From the NCBI GenBank assembly GCA_041907145.1, contig JAYRHW010000132.1, positions 431 to 64,430 on the forward strand: 64,000 bases of DNA. The letters run 5' to 3'. The notes below the pieces were generated by a model. The model did no database searches, was not told where the DNA came from, and was given only the letters and a program-made list of their open reading frames with translations. Shown piece after piece: positions 28,256 through 38,403 of the stretch; position 1 is the stretch's first letter; each line of letters starts with the position of its first letter. Both the position numbers and the translations under genes were made by a program. This DNA comes from Bdellovibrionota bacterium. Lineage in GTDB: Bacteria > Bdellovibrionota_C > UBA2361 > JAFLCA01.

Positions 28256-30463
28256 ATGCATTTTGAACGGATCGCGAGTGCCATCCAGAAGTACTACCCC
28301 AATCCAGACCTTGAATCGGTCAAGCGTGCGTACGACTTCGCCGCATTGCATCACCGCAGTCAGGTACGTGCCTCCGGCGAACCATACATAATTCATTTGG
28401 TCGAAACCGCTCTGCTGGTTTGCGAGTTGAAGCTCGACCTGCCATCCGTCACCGCTGCGCTTTTGCACGATACGATAGAGGACTGCGTCGTTACACGGGA
28501 GGATCTCGCCAAGCAATTCGGCGATGAGGTGGCCGATATAGTCGAGGGTGTGACCAAGCTGACCCGAATCGAATTCGAGTCACGAGAAGAAAAGCAGGCC
28601 GAGAGCTTCCGTAAAATGCTGATCGCCATGGCCAAGGACATCCGAGTTGTCTTGGTAAAGCTCTGCGACCGACTGCATAACATGCGAACCCTCAACCATA
28701 TTTCAGAGGAGAAGCAGCGTCGCATCGCGATGGAGACTCAGGAAATATACGCTCCGCTGGCCAATCGTCTCGGTATTCATTGGATGAAATCGGAGCTTGA
28801 GGACGCATCATTGCTGTATTTGCGCCCGGAAATTTACAAGCTTATCCAGGATAACTTCATCAAGACGGCTGCCGAGCGCGACAAGTACATCGAAGATACC
28901 CAGAAGGAAATCCTAAAAGTGCTTGAGTCCAGCGGTGTGTCGGCATCGGTGAGCGGGCGCGTAAAGCATTTTTACTCCATTTGGCAGAAGATGGAGCGTA
29001 ACAACTTATCCTTCGACGAAGTGCACGATCTGATTGGATTTCGAGTACTGGTACCGACCGTGCGTGCCTGCTACGAATCTATGGGCATTATCCACTCCAC
29101 CTGGAAGCCTGTTCCGGGGCGATTCAAGGACTATATCGCGATGCCCAAGCCCAACATGTATCAGTCCCTGCATACCACGGTTATTGGGCCAGGCGGGCAG
29201 CGCGTTGAGGTGCAGTTCCGAACTCCCGAGATGCATAAGATTGCCAATGAGGGCATCGCTGCGCATTGGCGCTACAAGGAAGGATCGCGCGATGCCTCGG
29301 CTACCGTGCCGGGCTTTGATTTGCACTGGGTGCGAGAGCTTGTCGAAACCCAGCAGTACCTTAAAAACCCCGATGAGTTCATCCAGTCGGTTAAGGGAGA
29401 GCTGTTCCCCGAGGAAGTGTTTGTCTTCACTCCCAAGGGCGATTTGATACGTCTCACGTTTGGCTGCACGCCCGTGGATTTTGCCTACGCCGTTCACACC
29501 GACGTCGGACATCATACGACCGGAGCGCGGGTTAATGGGCTCATTGTTCCCCTGGATTATCGCTTGCGCAATGGTGACACGATCGAGGTGATCACGCAGA
29601 AAAATCATGTGCCGAGTAAGGACTGGCTGCGCTTCGTGAATTCCTCCAAGGCCAAGCAGCGAATCCGCGCCTTCTTGAAATCGGAGGAGCACGCCCGGTC
29701 GTTGGCGATTGGGCTGGAGATTCTCACCAAGGATTTACGAAAAGTTAAATTAGCCATCAAGAAGCTGGAAAAGGAGGGCAAGATCCTCGAAGTGGCTCAG
29801 GCCATGGGCCTCAAGACGGAAGGGGATCTGTATGCCGAGATCGGCTATGGCAAGGTAAGTTCATCAAAGGTGCTCGCCAAACTCTTGCCAGAGGGAGTGG
29901 ATGTCGAGGAGAAGCTTCGAAAGGAGGAAAGTCCTCTCGAACGCATTTTCCAGCGCGCCGCTCGGGCATCGCGTCAGAAGGTGGGAGTCTCGGTGAGTGG
30001 ATTCGACGATATCCTTGTGCGATTTGCCAAGTGTTGCGAACCTCTTCCGGGCGATCGAATCGTTGGTTTTATTACCAGAGGACGCGGCGTGACCGTGCAT
30101 TACGCGGACTGCGCCCAGGCACTTCAAAGCGATCCGTTACGCCGAGTCCAGGTTTCGTGGGATGGAGCCGTCAAGGCTCCGCGCCGAGTGCGCCTGACCG
30201 TGCACTCGCAGGACCAAATGGGACTGCTGGCAAATGTCAGCCGTGCCATTACCGACATGGGAGCTAATATAAATAGCGCGCAGATTAAGACCACGGAGTT
30301 GGGCAAAGCGGTCAATTCTTTCGAGTTGACCGTTGAAGATGCTCGTCAACTCGAGCGCGTGAAGCGGCAAATTGAGATGGTACCGGGAGTAATCAAAGTC
30401 GAGCGCGTCAAACATCTCTCGACTTCGGTGGCCGTTGATGGAGTGGAGGGCGGAGATGAATAG
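28256..30463 (+). CDS. spoT: Bifunctional (p)ppGpp synthetase/hydrolase
   Basis: HD domain (HLVETALLV...LHDTIED), synthetase domain, TGS, and ACT C-terminal domain. 735 aa. Confidence 0.9.
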   Translation: MHFERIASAIQKYYPNPDLESVKRAYDFAALHHRSQVRASGEPYIIHLVETALLVCELKLDLPSVTAALLHDTIEDCVVTREDLAKQFGDEVADIVEGVTKLTRIEFESREEKQAESFRKMLIAMAKDIRVVLVKLCDRLHNMRTLNHISEEKQRRIAMETQEIYAPLANRLGIHWMKSELEDASLLYLRPEIYKLIQDNFIKTAAERDKYIEDTQKEILKVLESSGVSASVSGRVKHFYSIWQKMERNNLSFDEVHDLIGFRVLVPTVRACYESMGIIHSTWKPVPGRFKDYIAMPKPNMYQSLHTTVIGPGGQRVEVQFRTPEMHKIANEGIAAHWRYKEGSRDASATVPGFDLHWVRELVETQQYLKNPDEFIQSVKGELFPEEVFVFTPKGDLIRLTFGCTPVDFAYAVHTDVGHHTTGARVNGLIVPLDYRLRNGDTIEVITQKNHVPSKDWLRFVNSSKAKQRIRAFLKSEEHARSLAIGLEILTKDLRKVKLAIKKLEKEGKILEVAQAMGLKTEGDLYAEIGYGKVSSSKVLAKLLPEGVDVEEKLRKEESPLERIFQRAARASRQKVGVSVSGFDDILVRFAKCCEPLPGDRIVGFITRGRGVTVHYADCAQALQSDPLRRVQVSWDGAVKAPRRVRLTVHSQDQMGLLANVSRAITDMGANINSAQIKTTELGKAVNSFELTVEDARQLERVKRQIEMVPGVIKVERVKHLSTSVAVDGVEGGDE

Positions 30464-31571
30464 AGCCATGCCGGGTGTGCGGATTACGATTTTAGCTGGG
30501 GCGATCATCGCAGCGTCATACTGGGGTTTCGGCTCCGGCGAGCAGCAGACGGCAACTGCTGGTACGGTGGATGCAGATCAGGCTCCGCGCTCTGAGGAGG
30601 ACAAGGAGAACATTGCCGTCTATAAAGCGACGAACGAGGCAGTGGTTTTCATCACGACTATTACGCTTACGGTCGATCCGAATGATATCTTCATGGAGGT
30701 GCAGCCTCGAGAAGGTACGGGTTCGGGCATTATCGTTGATGCCGAGCGCGGCACGATCCTCACGAATCTGCATGTCATTCAGGATGCCCACCGCATCGAG
30801 ATATCCTTGGCAAATGGGCAGAGCTATAAGGCCAAGCTGTTGGGCTTTGATGAGGAATCAGACTTGGCTGTTCTGCAGCTGCATGAACCACCCAAGGGGC
30901 TTGCCAGCGTGAAGTTCGCCGACTCTTCCAAATTGGAAGTCGGGCAGAGAGTTCTGGCGATTGGTAACCCGTTTGGCCTGAATCGTACCCTTACGACTGG
31001 AATTATATCCAGTTTGGACCGCGTTGTGCGGAGTCCTAAGGGACATATGATGCGTGGGTTGATTCAGACGGACGCCTCGATTAACCCCGGAAATTCCGGG
31101 GGACCGCTGCTCGACATGGCGGGACGATTAATTGGGATCAATTCCGCAATTCTTAGTCAGTCGGGAGATTCCGCCGGCATTGGTTTTGCCGTCCCGATTA
31201 ATCAGATTAAACGTGTCCTGCCCGAGTTGATCGCGACCGGCAAGGTTTTGCGACCAAAGCTCGGATGGCTGCTGGCTGATACCACCCAAGGTCCCATGGT
31301 GCGTAGGGTGCAGCAGGGTGGGCCGGCCGATCAGGCGGGTGTCCAGCCATTTGAGCGCCGAGTAGATGACGTATTCCTTCAAGGATATGTGCGTGATTTA
31401 GATCGCGCTGACTTGGTATATAAGGTAAATGGTATTCGCGTAACTAGTAAGGATGAAGTCGAAGATTTGATTTCGCGTGCATCCCAGGGCGCGGATCTTG
31501 TGGTGGTGCTGCGGCGCGGCGGAATTGATGGAAGGGAGCGCGAGGTGCGAATCAAGCCCGTGCTCCAGTGA
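30456..31571 (+). CDS. Periplasmic serine endoprotease, HtrA/DegP/DegS family (trypsin-like plus PDZ)
   Basis: Catalytic-triad context TNLHVI, DLAVLQL, GNSGGPLLD. C-terminal PDZ. Confidence 0.8.
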   Translation: MNRAMPGVRITILAGAIIAASYWGFGSGEQQTATAGTVDADQAPRSEEDKENIAVYKATNEAVVFITTITLTVDPNDIFMEVQPREGTGSGIIVDAERGTILTNLHVIQDAHRIEISLANGQSYKAKLLGFDEESDLAVLQLHEPPKGLASVKFADSSKLEVGQRVLAIGNPFGLNRTLTTGIISSLDRVVRSPKGHMMRGLIQTDASINPGNSGGPLLDMAGRLIGINSAILSQSGDSAGIGFAVPINQIKRVLPELIATGKVLRPKLGWLLADTTQGPMVRRVQQGGPADQAGVQPFERRVDDVFLQGYVRDLDRADLVYKVNGIRVTSKDEVEDLISRASQGADLVVVLRRGGIDGREREVRIKPVLQ

Positions 31572-31623
31572 CAAAGCCGACCCGCGTCGTTCGAGGGAGC
31601 AGCCCAGCTATTGAGAGAGAGGC

Positions 31624-33375
31624 ATGAAGGTTCGTGTACTAGCTGATGACGTAATCAATAAGATTGCTGCGGGCGAGGTGGTAGATCGTCCGGCATCCGT
31701 CGTGCGTGAATTGGTGGATAACGCGCTCGACGCTGGGGCTACCGACATTCACGTGACGCTTGAAGAGGGCGGGCAGCGTCTCATAAGAGTCGTTGATAAC
31801 GGTTGTGGTATGGAGCGCGACGATGCCCTTCTTGCTCTCGAGCGTCATGCTACTTCGAAGCTCTCCTCAGCGGATGACCTGCTCTCGATTGCTACACTTG
31901 GTTTTCGTGGAGAGGCTCTGCCATCAATCGCGGCGGTTTCCAGGTTGGATCTCCGTACTCGACCATCAGAGCAGAATCATGGAACCGAAATTTTAATCGA
32001 GGGTGGAGTAATCAAATCGGTACACGAAGGGGCCTGTCCTCCGGGAACTCAGATTGAAGTTCGACAGCTCTTTTATAATACTCCCGCGCGGCGCAAATTT
32101 TTAAAGAGCCCTAGGACCGAGGAGATGCGCATCCGGGCTTGGTTGGTCAGCGCATCGCTCTCGCGGCCGGAGGTGCGTTTCCGTCTGGTGAGCGACGGCA
32201 AGGATTTGCTTTCACTTCCTCGAGCCGAGTCGGTCTCCGCGCGAGCCAAATTATTGTTTCGCGGTGCCACTCAGGACTGTGCGTTACAAAGGGGAGGCAT
32301 AGAGGTCGCCGGTCTTGTCATGCATCCGGGACAGGCTCAGCACGATGCTGGCGCTTTCGTTATCCTCGTCAATGGCCGTGTGGTAAGCGACAAGCTTATC
32401 CTGCGTGCGCTGCGCGAGGGATTCGACTCGACTCTCAAGGATCGCGAGTTTCCGCTGGGGTTTTTGAGCCTCAGGGTCGACCCTGCCGATGTTGATGTGA
32501 ATGTACATCCGCAAAAGAGCGAAGTTCGCTTCCGGGGTCCCCAAGCAGTGTTCGACGCTGTTCGCACCGCGGTGCAAAATGCCGTGCGTAATTTTGTAGT
32601 TCCGGTGTCTGCAGACGACTTCGATCGTCCGTTGGCTGGAAGTTCAGCGATTCCATCGCTGGCATTTCAGCCGCAAAGTATGCCGTTTTCTGCGGCTCCG
32701 ACCCGTAGTGCTGCCTTTCAGGGCGAAATCCCGTCGATTCCTCTGCAGGTTGCGAGGGGGCCGAGCCCGGCTATACGGCAAGAGCCTTTTCGCTTCTCCG
32801 AATTGCGATATATAGGGCAAATTCTTGAGTGCTATCTGGTGTGTGAGTGGCAGAGTTCTCTCTATGTCGTCGACATGCACGCGGCCCATGAGCGCATCAA
32901 TTACAACCGCATTCGCATGGCCCTGTCGCAGCGCGGAGCGGCGGCGCAGCAATTGCTGGTCCCGGTGCCGGTACGGTTGACGTTGCAGGGCCTTTCCCGC
33001 TGCATGGAGTACCAGCACTTGTTTGCCGATTTGGGCTTTGAATGGGATGCGCTCGGCGAGGACACCTTGGTCGTCCGTGCCATACCCGGATTTTTGTCCG
33101 AGGCACGATTGGTTCCGATGATCAAGGAACTGGCGGCGATTACCGAAGACATGGATCCTCGTACTGCTCTGAGCGGACAGCTCGATTCGATTGCCGCCCG
33201 ACTCGCCTGCCACGCCAGCGTTCGCTCTGGGAAGCCGATGGAACGTGAAGAGGTATACGCGTTGTTCAATGATCTCGATGATGCCCAGTTTTCAGCAGCC
33301 TGCCCGCACGGACGTCCCATCAGCGTTTCCTTTTCTGCCACCGCTATAGAGTCCTGGTTTGGCCGCGATCGCTAA
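31624..33375 (+). CDS. mutL: DNA mismatch repair protein MutL
   Basis: GHKL N terminus IAAGEVVDRPASVVRELVDNALDAGAT, GFRGEAL. C-terminal dimerisation domain. Confidence 0.85.
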   Translation: MKVRVLADDVINKIAAGEVVDRPASVVRELVDNALDAGATDIHVTLEEGGQRLIRVVDNGCGMERDDALLALERHATSKLSSADDLLSIATLGFRGEALPSIAAVSRLDLRTRPSEQNHGTEILIEGGVIKSVHEGACPPGTQIEVRQLFYNTPARRKFLKSPRTEEMRIRAWLVSASLSRPEVRFRLVSDGKDLLSLPRAESVSARAKLLFRGATQDCALQRGGIEVAGLVMHPGQAQHDAGAFVILVNGRVVSDKLILRALREGFDSTLKDREFPLGFLSLRVDPADVDVNVHPQKSEVRFRGPQAVFDAVRTAVQNAVRNFVVPVSADDFDRPLAGSSAIPSLAFQPQSMPFSAAPTRSAAFQGEIPSIPLQVARGPSPAIRQEPFRFSELRYIGQILECYLVCEWQSSLYVVDMHAAHERINYNRIRMALSQRGAAAQQLLVPVPVRLTLQGLSRCMEYQHLFADLGFEWDALGEDTLVVRAIPGFLSEARLVPMIKELAAITEDMDPRTALSGQLDSIAARLACHASVRSGKPMEREEVYALFNDLDDAQFSAACPHGRPISVSFSATAIESWFGRDR

Positions 33376-34441
33376 GTTGCAAGCAGAACTGCCGCTGATT
33401 GTTGTCGCCGGCCCAACGGCGAGCGGTAAATCCGAACTCTCACTTCATTTGGCCAGTGCGCTGCGCGGAGAGGTGCTCTCGATAGATTCTGTGCAGGTAT
33501 TTCGGGGATTGGACATTGGGTCGGCGAAGATCGAGCGAGCGGCTCGAGAGAGAGTCCCGCATCATGGACTCGATATACTCGATCCCAATGAAAGTTTTAA
33601 TGTAGCCGACTTTCTTAAGTTTGCTGAAGCCACGCTTGCGGAGCTGGCCCAGCGAAAGGTGCCGGTCATTGCCTGTGCAGGAACGACGCTTTACTTGACC
33701 GCTCTGCTGCATGGCTTGGTGGAAGCGCCGAAGGCCGATCCGGCGCTGCGCGCTGAGCTGGCTAAACTTTCCGAGCGGACATTGTACGAGCGCCTGGTCG
33801 AAGTGGATCCGGCAGCTGCGCAGCGTCTGCATCCTCACGATAGGTTGCGAGTATCAAGAGCACTCGAGGCTGCGTTAAACGGCCGCATACCTTTGTCGAG
33901 TCTGCACGCCGCACATGGGCTCCGCGCTATCCGTCACCGCGCTCTTGTTATCGTGCTCTGCTGGTCTCGAGACGTGCTCTACGCGCGAATTAATCAGCGT
34001 TCCAAGCACATGCTTGATGCAGGATTGGTTGAGGAAGTGCGCTCAATTCGCCAGCGATTTCCGCAGGCGGAGCACGCGTTGCGTACGCTTGGCTATGCGC
34101 AAGCGGCGGCCTTTTTGGAGGGGAAGCTTCCGGAGTCCACGCTTGAATCTCAGATAGCGATGGAGACCAGGCGCTACGCCAAGCGACAGACGACTTACTG
34201 GAAAAACGAGCCGCGTAAGCGTGGGTGGACTATCACTAGGGGGGCGCAGTGCGAGAACGAGCAATCTCAACCACCGAAGCCGAGGGTAGTCCAGGACCTA
34301 AGGGGTGCCGACATGAACTGGAACGATCTTCTCCACGGAGTGCAGCAAGTCTTGGAATCCCCTCAATTTAACATCGAGCTTTGGTATGTGGACGCAGCGC
34401 AACTCTTCGAGTCATTGCCCCCTTTGTCTTTAGGAGTCTAA
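33359..34441 (+). CDS. miaA: tRNA dimethylallyltransferase, with ~50-aa C-terminal extension
   Basis: P-loop GPTASGKSEL, DSVQVFRGLDIGSAK. Downstream of mutL, as in the E. coli amiB-mutL-miaA-hfq context. Confidence 0.8.
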   Translation: MAAIAKLQAELPLIVVAGPTASGKSELSLHLASALRGEVLSIDSVQVFRGLDIGSAKIERAARERVPHHGLDILDPNESFNVADFLKFAEATLAELAQRKVPVIACAGTTLYLTALLHGLVEAPKADPALRAELAKLSERTLYERLVEVDPAAAQRLHPHDRLRVSRALEAALNGRIPLSSLHAAHGLRAIRHRALVIVLCWSRDVLYARINQRSKHMLDAGLVEEVRSIRQRFPQAEHALRTLGYAQAAAFLEGKLPESTLESQIAMETRRYAKRQTTYWKNEPRKRGWTITRGAQCENEQSQPPKPRVVQDLRGADMNWNDLLHGVQQVLESPQFNIELWYVDAAQLFESLPPLSLGV

Positions 34442-34490
34442 ACGGGTATAGTCCAGCAGCACAGAATCTGGTTAAACAGTAACAATTTCT

Positions 34491-35477
34491 ATGACTTCCG
34501 TTGCTCATCCCTTAGATTTCGAACGGCCGCTGGTCGAGCTCGAAGCGCAGCTTGAGGCTCTTAAGGACGAAATCGCTAGCGGCAACCTCTCGCGTCGCGA
34601 TGAGTACGCCAAGCTTGAAGCTAAGGTTGCCAAGCTGCGCAGCGAAATCTACGGTAAACTCTCTGCCTATCAGCGCGTCCAGCTTTCACGCCATTTCGAT
34701 CGTCCTTTTACTCTGGACTACCTCAAGTACATCGTCACTGATTTCGTCGAGTTGTTCGGTGATCGTTTGTTTCGAGACGATCCGGCTATTGTGGGCGGAA
34801 CCGCAAAATTGGGAGACCTTCCCGTAATGGTTGTCGGTCATCAGCGAGGAAGGACGACGCAAGAGCGCTTGAAGCGAAATTTCGGGATGCCGCAGCCGGA
34901 GGGCTACCGTAAGGCTCTGCGCCTCTTCCGTTTGGCAGAGAAATTTGCCTTACCGCTTATTTGTTTTATCGATACCCAGGGCGCCGATCCCGGTCTCGAG
35001 GCCGAGGAGCGCGGACAAGCAGAGGCGATTGCTCGAAACCTGGAAGAACTTTCAGAGCTGCCTATCCCGTCCTTGAGCGTCGTTATTGGGGAGGGGGGGA
35101 GCGGCGGAGCATGAGCGCTTGGGGTGACCGATCGCATCTTGATGATGGAGAATGCTTGCTACTCGGTTATGACTCCTGAAGGATGCGCTTCAATTCTTTG
35201 GCATCATGATAGAAATGAACCGCCTCAGGCCCAGGCGGCCGTGGCCGCCGAGGCACTGCAGCTAACGGCGCAGGACCTCAAGCGATTGGGGGTCATAGAT
35301 GAGATTGTCCCTGAGCCCCCGGGCGGCGCGCATAGCAACCATAAGGAAGCTGCCGAGATTCTTCGGGCGGCACTGGTGCGTAACCTCGAGGAGCTCGCAA
35401 AGTTAAGCGTGGGAGAGCTCTTGGAGCAGCGCTATAAGAAGTTCCGAGGCATGGGCGTCTTTACAGGCGATACTTAA
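34491..35477 (+). CDS. accA: Acetyl-CoA carboxylase carboxyltransferase alpha subunit, interrupted by an in-frame TGA at 35112-35114
   Basis: [10 protein letters not shown][TGA][29 protein letters not shown] aligns residue for residue with canonical [17 protein letters not shown]...[14 protein letters not shown]. The stop replaces the conserved Leu. Both halves are in the same frame. Confidence 0.7.
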
Positions 35478-35517
35478 CAGGATAATAGTCTCCCACACGT
35501 TTAAAGCAGTATAGGCT

Positions 35518-35793
35518 ATGGGCAAAGACGCAATTGAGATGAACGGAGTTATCAAGGAGTGTTTTCCTAACACTACCTTCCGTGTTGTCTGTGACAATGG
35601 ACACGAACTTCTGGCGTATTTGGCCGGGAAGATGCGTCGATATTATATACGCGTGCTGCCGGGAGATCATGTCGTCGTCGAAATTTCTCCCTATGATCTG
35701 AGTAAGGGAAGAATTGTCCGCCGTATCAGTGAGGGAGCCGCTCGAAATCCTGGTGACGCCGCCACTGCGGTGGACCCTACCAAGAGCAAGTAA
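35518..35793 (+). CDS. infA: Translation initiation factor IF-1, with ~20-aa C-terminal tail
   Basis: [64 protein letters not shown] is near-identical in pattern to IF-1. Confidence 0.85.
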   Translation: MGKDAIEMNGVIKECFPNTTFRVVCDNGHELLAYLAGKMRRYYIRVLPGDHVVVEISPYDLSKGRIVRRISEGAARNPGDAATAVDPTKSK

Positions 35794-35800
35794 GCTCCGC

Positions 35801-36190
35801 CTACTTCAGTGCTCTCAAGTATTCGAATGTGTAAATCCCGGTATTGTGGCCGTCTTGCCATTCCATGCCAATGGCGTAGTTCCCCACTCCCCAGATTTGC
35901 TTAAGTGAGGTCTGTTCCTCACTGCTGGCATCTATGACCTGCAGAAGCGACTTTTTAGGGGTAAGCGGCTGAGCGTGACTACTATCGCCGCGGGCCTCGC
36001 GACACCCAGCACACGGGCAATTGCGACGGAGCGTCTCCGAACCAATAAATTGTGATTGTCCGTCGGCCCATTGCAGGGTAACGCCGGCATCGGCGCGCTT
36101 GATCTCCCGCAGTTGAAGTTTTGCTGACATAAGTAATGCGTAAAAATGAACGAGTGCGGCGAATCTATCAAAGCAAGACTGAGGCGGCAA
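35801..36190 (-). CDS. DUF971-family protein (Cys-containing, gamma-butyrobetaine hydroxylase N-terminal-like)
   Basis: 129 aa with a CPCAGC cysteine cluster and W/G-rich C-terminus typical of DUF971. Confidence 0.45.
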   Translation of the reverse strand: MPPQSCFDRFAALVHFYALLMSAKLQLREIKRADAGVTLQWADGQSQFIGSETLRRNCPCAGCREARGDSSHAQPLTPKKSLLQVIDASSEEQTSLKQIWGVGNYAIGMEWQDGHNTGIYTFEYLRALK

Positions 36191-36558
36191 ATGAGCGCCT
36201 GCAGCGCGGCGGCAGGTACAAAATTCTTGGACTACGGCGCTGAAAATTCCGAGGAGTGGACCGGTAATATTCCTAGCTTCTGTTGTAGGTAGGATCGCGG
36301 CGGTAACGCGCTTAAAACACTGTGATTTTATGATAGCAAAAGGGGGAACGTTTAGTCCTCATCCGGCTGCATAGTAGGGGCATGGAATGTGCTAAAGTGT
36401 TGTATGGGCCCGGGCTGTATTGCGAATCAGTCCAAAAATGAACGAGGGCCGGTTTTTTTGGGGATGCGATAGTCGCGGAAGTGTGGGGGAATAGAAGAGG
36501 CTACGATCCCCCTCGAGGACATCGGGAGTCCCGAATAGAGGGTTAATTCTAGTCGACG

Positions 36559-38403
36559 ATGCAAGAACAAGAGTCAGGCCTTAGAACAATCGGTAAATAT
36601 CAGATTTTGGGTCCACTCGGGCGCGGCTCGATGGGCCTGGTCTACAAAGCGCGTGATCCGGAGATCGGACGCATCGTCGCGATCAAGACTCTACGGAAGA
36701 TTCTCTCTTCTGATGCCGGCGATGTCGAAGCTGCCATCCGCCGCTTCAAGTTCGAAGCTCGTTCAGCCGGAAATTTGCGCCACCCTAACATCATAACCAT
36801 CTTCGAAGTCAACCACGACGGGGATACCCCCTACATTGTCATGGACTACGTCGAAGGTGAAAGTCTCGACGCGGTTATCGAGGCCAGCGGGAAGATGAAT
36901 CCTGCGCTCATGGTGCGCTATCTTTCGCAGGCAGCAGCCGGATTGGACTACGCCCATTCTCGGGGCGTTGTGCATCGGGATATTAAGCCGAGCAACCTTC
37001 TAGTGGATAAATCCGGAAATGTTTTTATTTTAGATTTCGGTATTGCCAGTATCAATGAGAGTTTTCCAGATGCGGAAAATTCCAACATGATGAACCCAAT
37101 CATGGGTACTCCCGGGTACATGTCTCCTGAGCAAGTGCTCAATGAGAAGCTCGACCAGCGCACGGACCTTTTCAGTTTGGCCGTGGTCGCCTTCGAATGT
37201 CTGACTGGGCAGCGGCCATTTCCGGGCGATAACTTTACCTCCGTCATTGGAAATATTCTCAATTCTAAGCCCCTGTCGTTGACCGCCCTCGTCCCTGAGC
37301 TGCCGTTGGCGCTCGAGGCCGAGTTCGAGCGGGCGCTGGCGAAGAAAAAAGAGGATCGTTTCGAATCCGCGGATCACATGGTCACTTCGTTCGCGCGAGC
37401 TGCCGGCGTGCAGGCAGGATCAAGTGCCGTCGCGAGGACTAGTGCTCAGCAGGGACGGCAAAGAAAGTTGTCGGCCTGGAGGACGGTCAAAAAGGCTTGG
37501 GGGTCGGCCGAGGCGGAGGCCTCAAGCTCAAGCTCTGCTACCCGCAATGTCGAAACGCCCTTATCCCGTCCGAGCGCCTCCGTGACGTCAACCCAGGCGA
37601 TTCCGGGCGGAGCTGGTCAGGCATTCGGCTCTCCCTGGGCAAACGACAAGGGAAAGGATTGGGAGGGCAGCTTGTTCGGTGGACCGGGGCCCCAAGCTCA
37701 GAGTGGGCCGCTCCCCGGTGATATGTTCTCTCATGTCGACAGCAGTATTCGCGGGGAAGAGTTCGTGCGGATGCGCAACCCGCTGATTCGCATCGCGACG
37801 CTTGTCCTGCTGGCCTTTTGTGTGGGAACCGCGGGATTTCTGTTCTATCTGTCTGGGGAAGGTAAGACGGCCCGTGATGCCAAGGAACGGGATCGCATAT
37901 TGTCGCAGAATGCCCCTTCGCCCAAGTACGTTGCCAGCTCCCCTCAAGTCAACGATGTCCTTTCCATGCCGGCCGTGGATCCCGTGCCGCAAGGAAAGAG
38001 TATTCACGAGATGACCGATCGTGAGGTGCTTGGGGTTCTGGTCAAGGGCGGAGTGAGTGAGGAGCTGACACTTGACGCTCTTCGCGAAGCTCAGCGCAGA
38101 GCGCTGCCCTCGCTGGTCGATGCAAGCGTAGTCCCGCTTCAGAATGACTCTTTTATTATTCGCAGCGAGACGATCAAAGTACTCGGCACCGCCCGGGATC
38201 GGAGAATTGTTCCGCAGCTCATGCTAGCCCTGGATGATCATGATCCGGTCGTTCGGCGTGAGGCCGTGCGGGCTTTGGGAAAATTGGGGGATCGGCGTGC
38301 GCTGGCCTATCTATCCTCTCGCTTATTGAAAGAGGAATCGGAGGATTTGAAGGCCGAAATCAAGACAGCAATCGAGTCGATTAATGGCTTCCCGATGCGC
38401 TGA
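36559..38403 (+). CDS. Ser/Thr protein kinase with TM segment and C-terminal HEAT/PBS-lyase repeats
   Basis: LGRGSMGLVY, VAIK, HRDIKPSNLL, DFG, SPE motifs. C-terminal repeats ...DHDPVVRREAVRALGKLGD... Confidence 0.8.
   Translation: MQEQESGLRTIGKYQILGPLGRGSMGLVYKARDPEIGRIVAIKTLRKILSSDAGDVEAAIRRFKFEARSAGNLRHPNIITIFEVNHDGDTPYIVMDYVEGESLDAVIEASGKMNPALMVRYLSQAAAGLDYAHSRGVVHRDIKPSNLLVDKSGNVFILDFGIASINESFPDAENSNMMNPIMGTPGYMSPEQVLNEKLDQRTDLFSLAVVAFECLTGQRPFPGDNFTSVIGNILNSKPLSLTALVPELPLALEAEFERALAKKKEDRFESADHMVTSFARAAGVQAGSSAVARTSAQQGRQRKLSAWRTVKKAWGSAEAEASSSSSATRNVETPLSRPSASVTSTQAIPGGAGQAFGSPWANDKGKDWEGSLFGGPGPQAQSGPLPGDMFSHVDSSIRGEEFVRMRNPLIRIATLVLLAFCVGTAGFLFYLSGEGKTARDAKERDRILSQNAPSPKYVASSPQVNDVLSMPAVDPVPQGKSIHEMTDREVLGVLVKGGVSEELTLDALREAQRRALPSLVDASVVPLQNDSFIIRSETIKVLGTARDRRIVPQLMLALDDHDPVVRREAVRALGKLGDRRALAYLSSRLLKEESEDLKAEIKTAIESINGFPMR

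Noticed and set aside
34491-35477. Annotating accA as two separate genes (34491-35114 and 35124-35477)
   Set aside because: Both pieces are in the same reading frame and are collinear with AccA across a single TGA at a conserved Leu. I treated it as one gene with an internal stop, not two genes.
36191-36558. 368-bp intergenic region with GGGCCGGTTTTTTTGGGG as a terminator or riboswitch
   Set aside because: There is no convincing stem preceding the T-run: GGCCGG is not self-complementary and has no partner nearby. It is more likely the promoter/UTR region between divergent genes. No conserved riboswitch motif was recognised.
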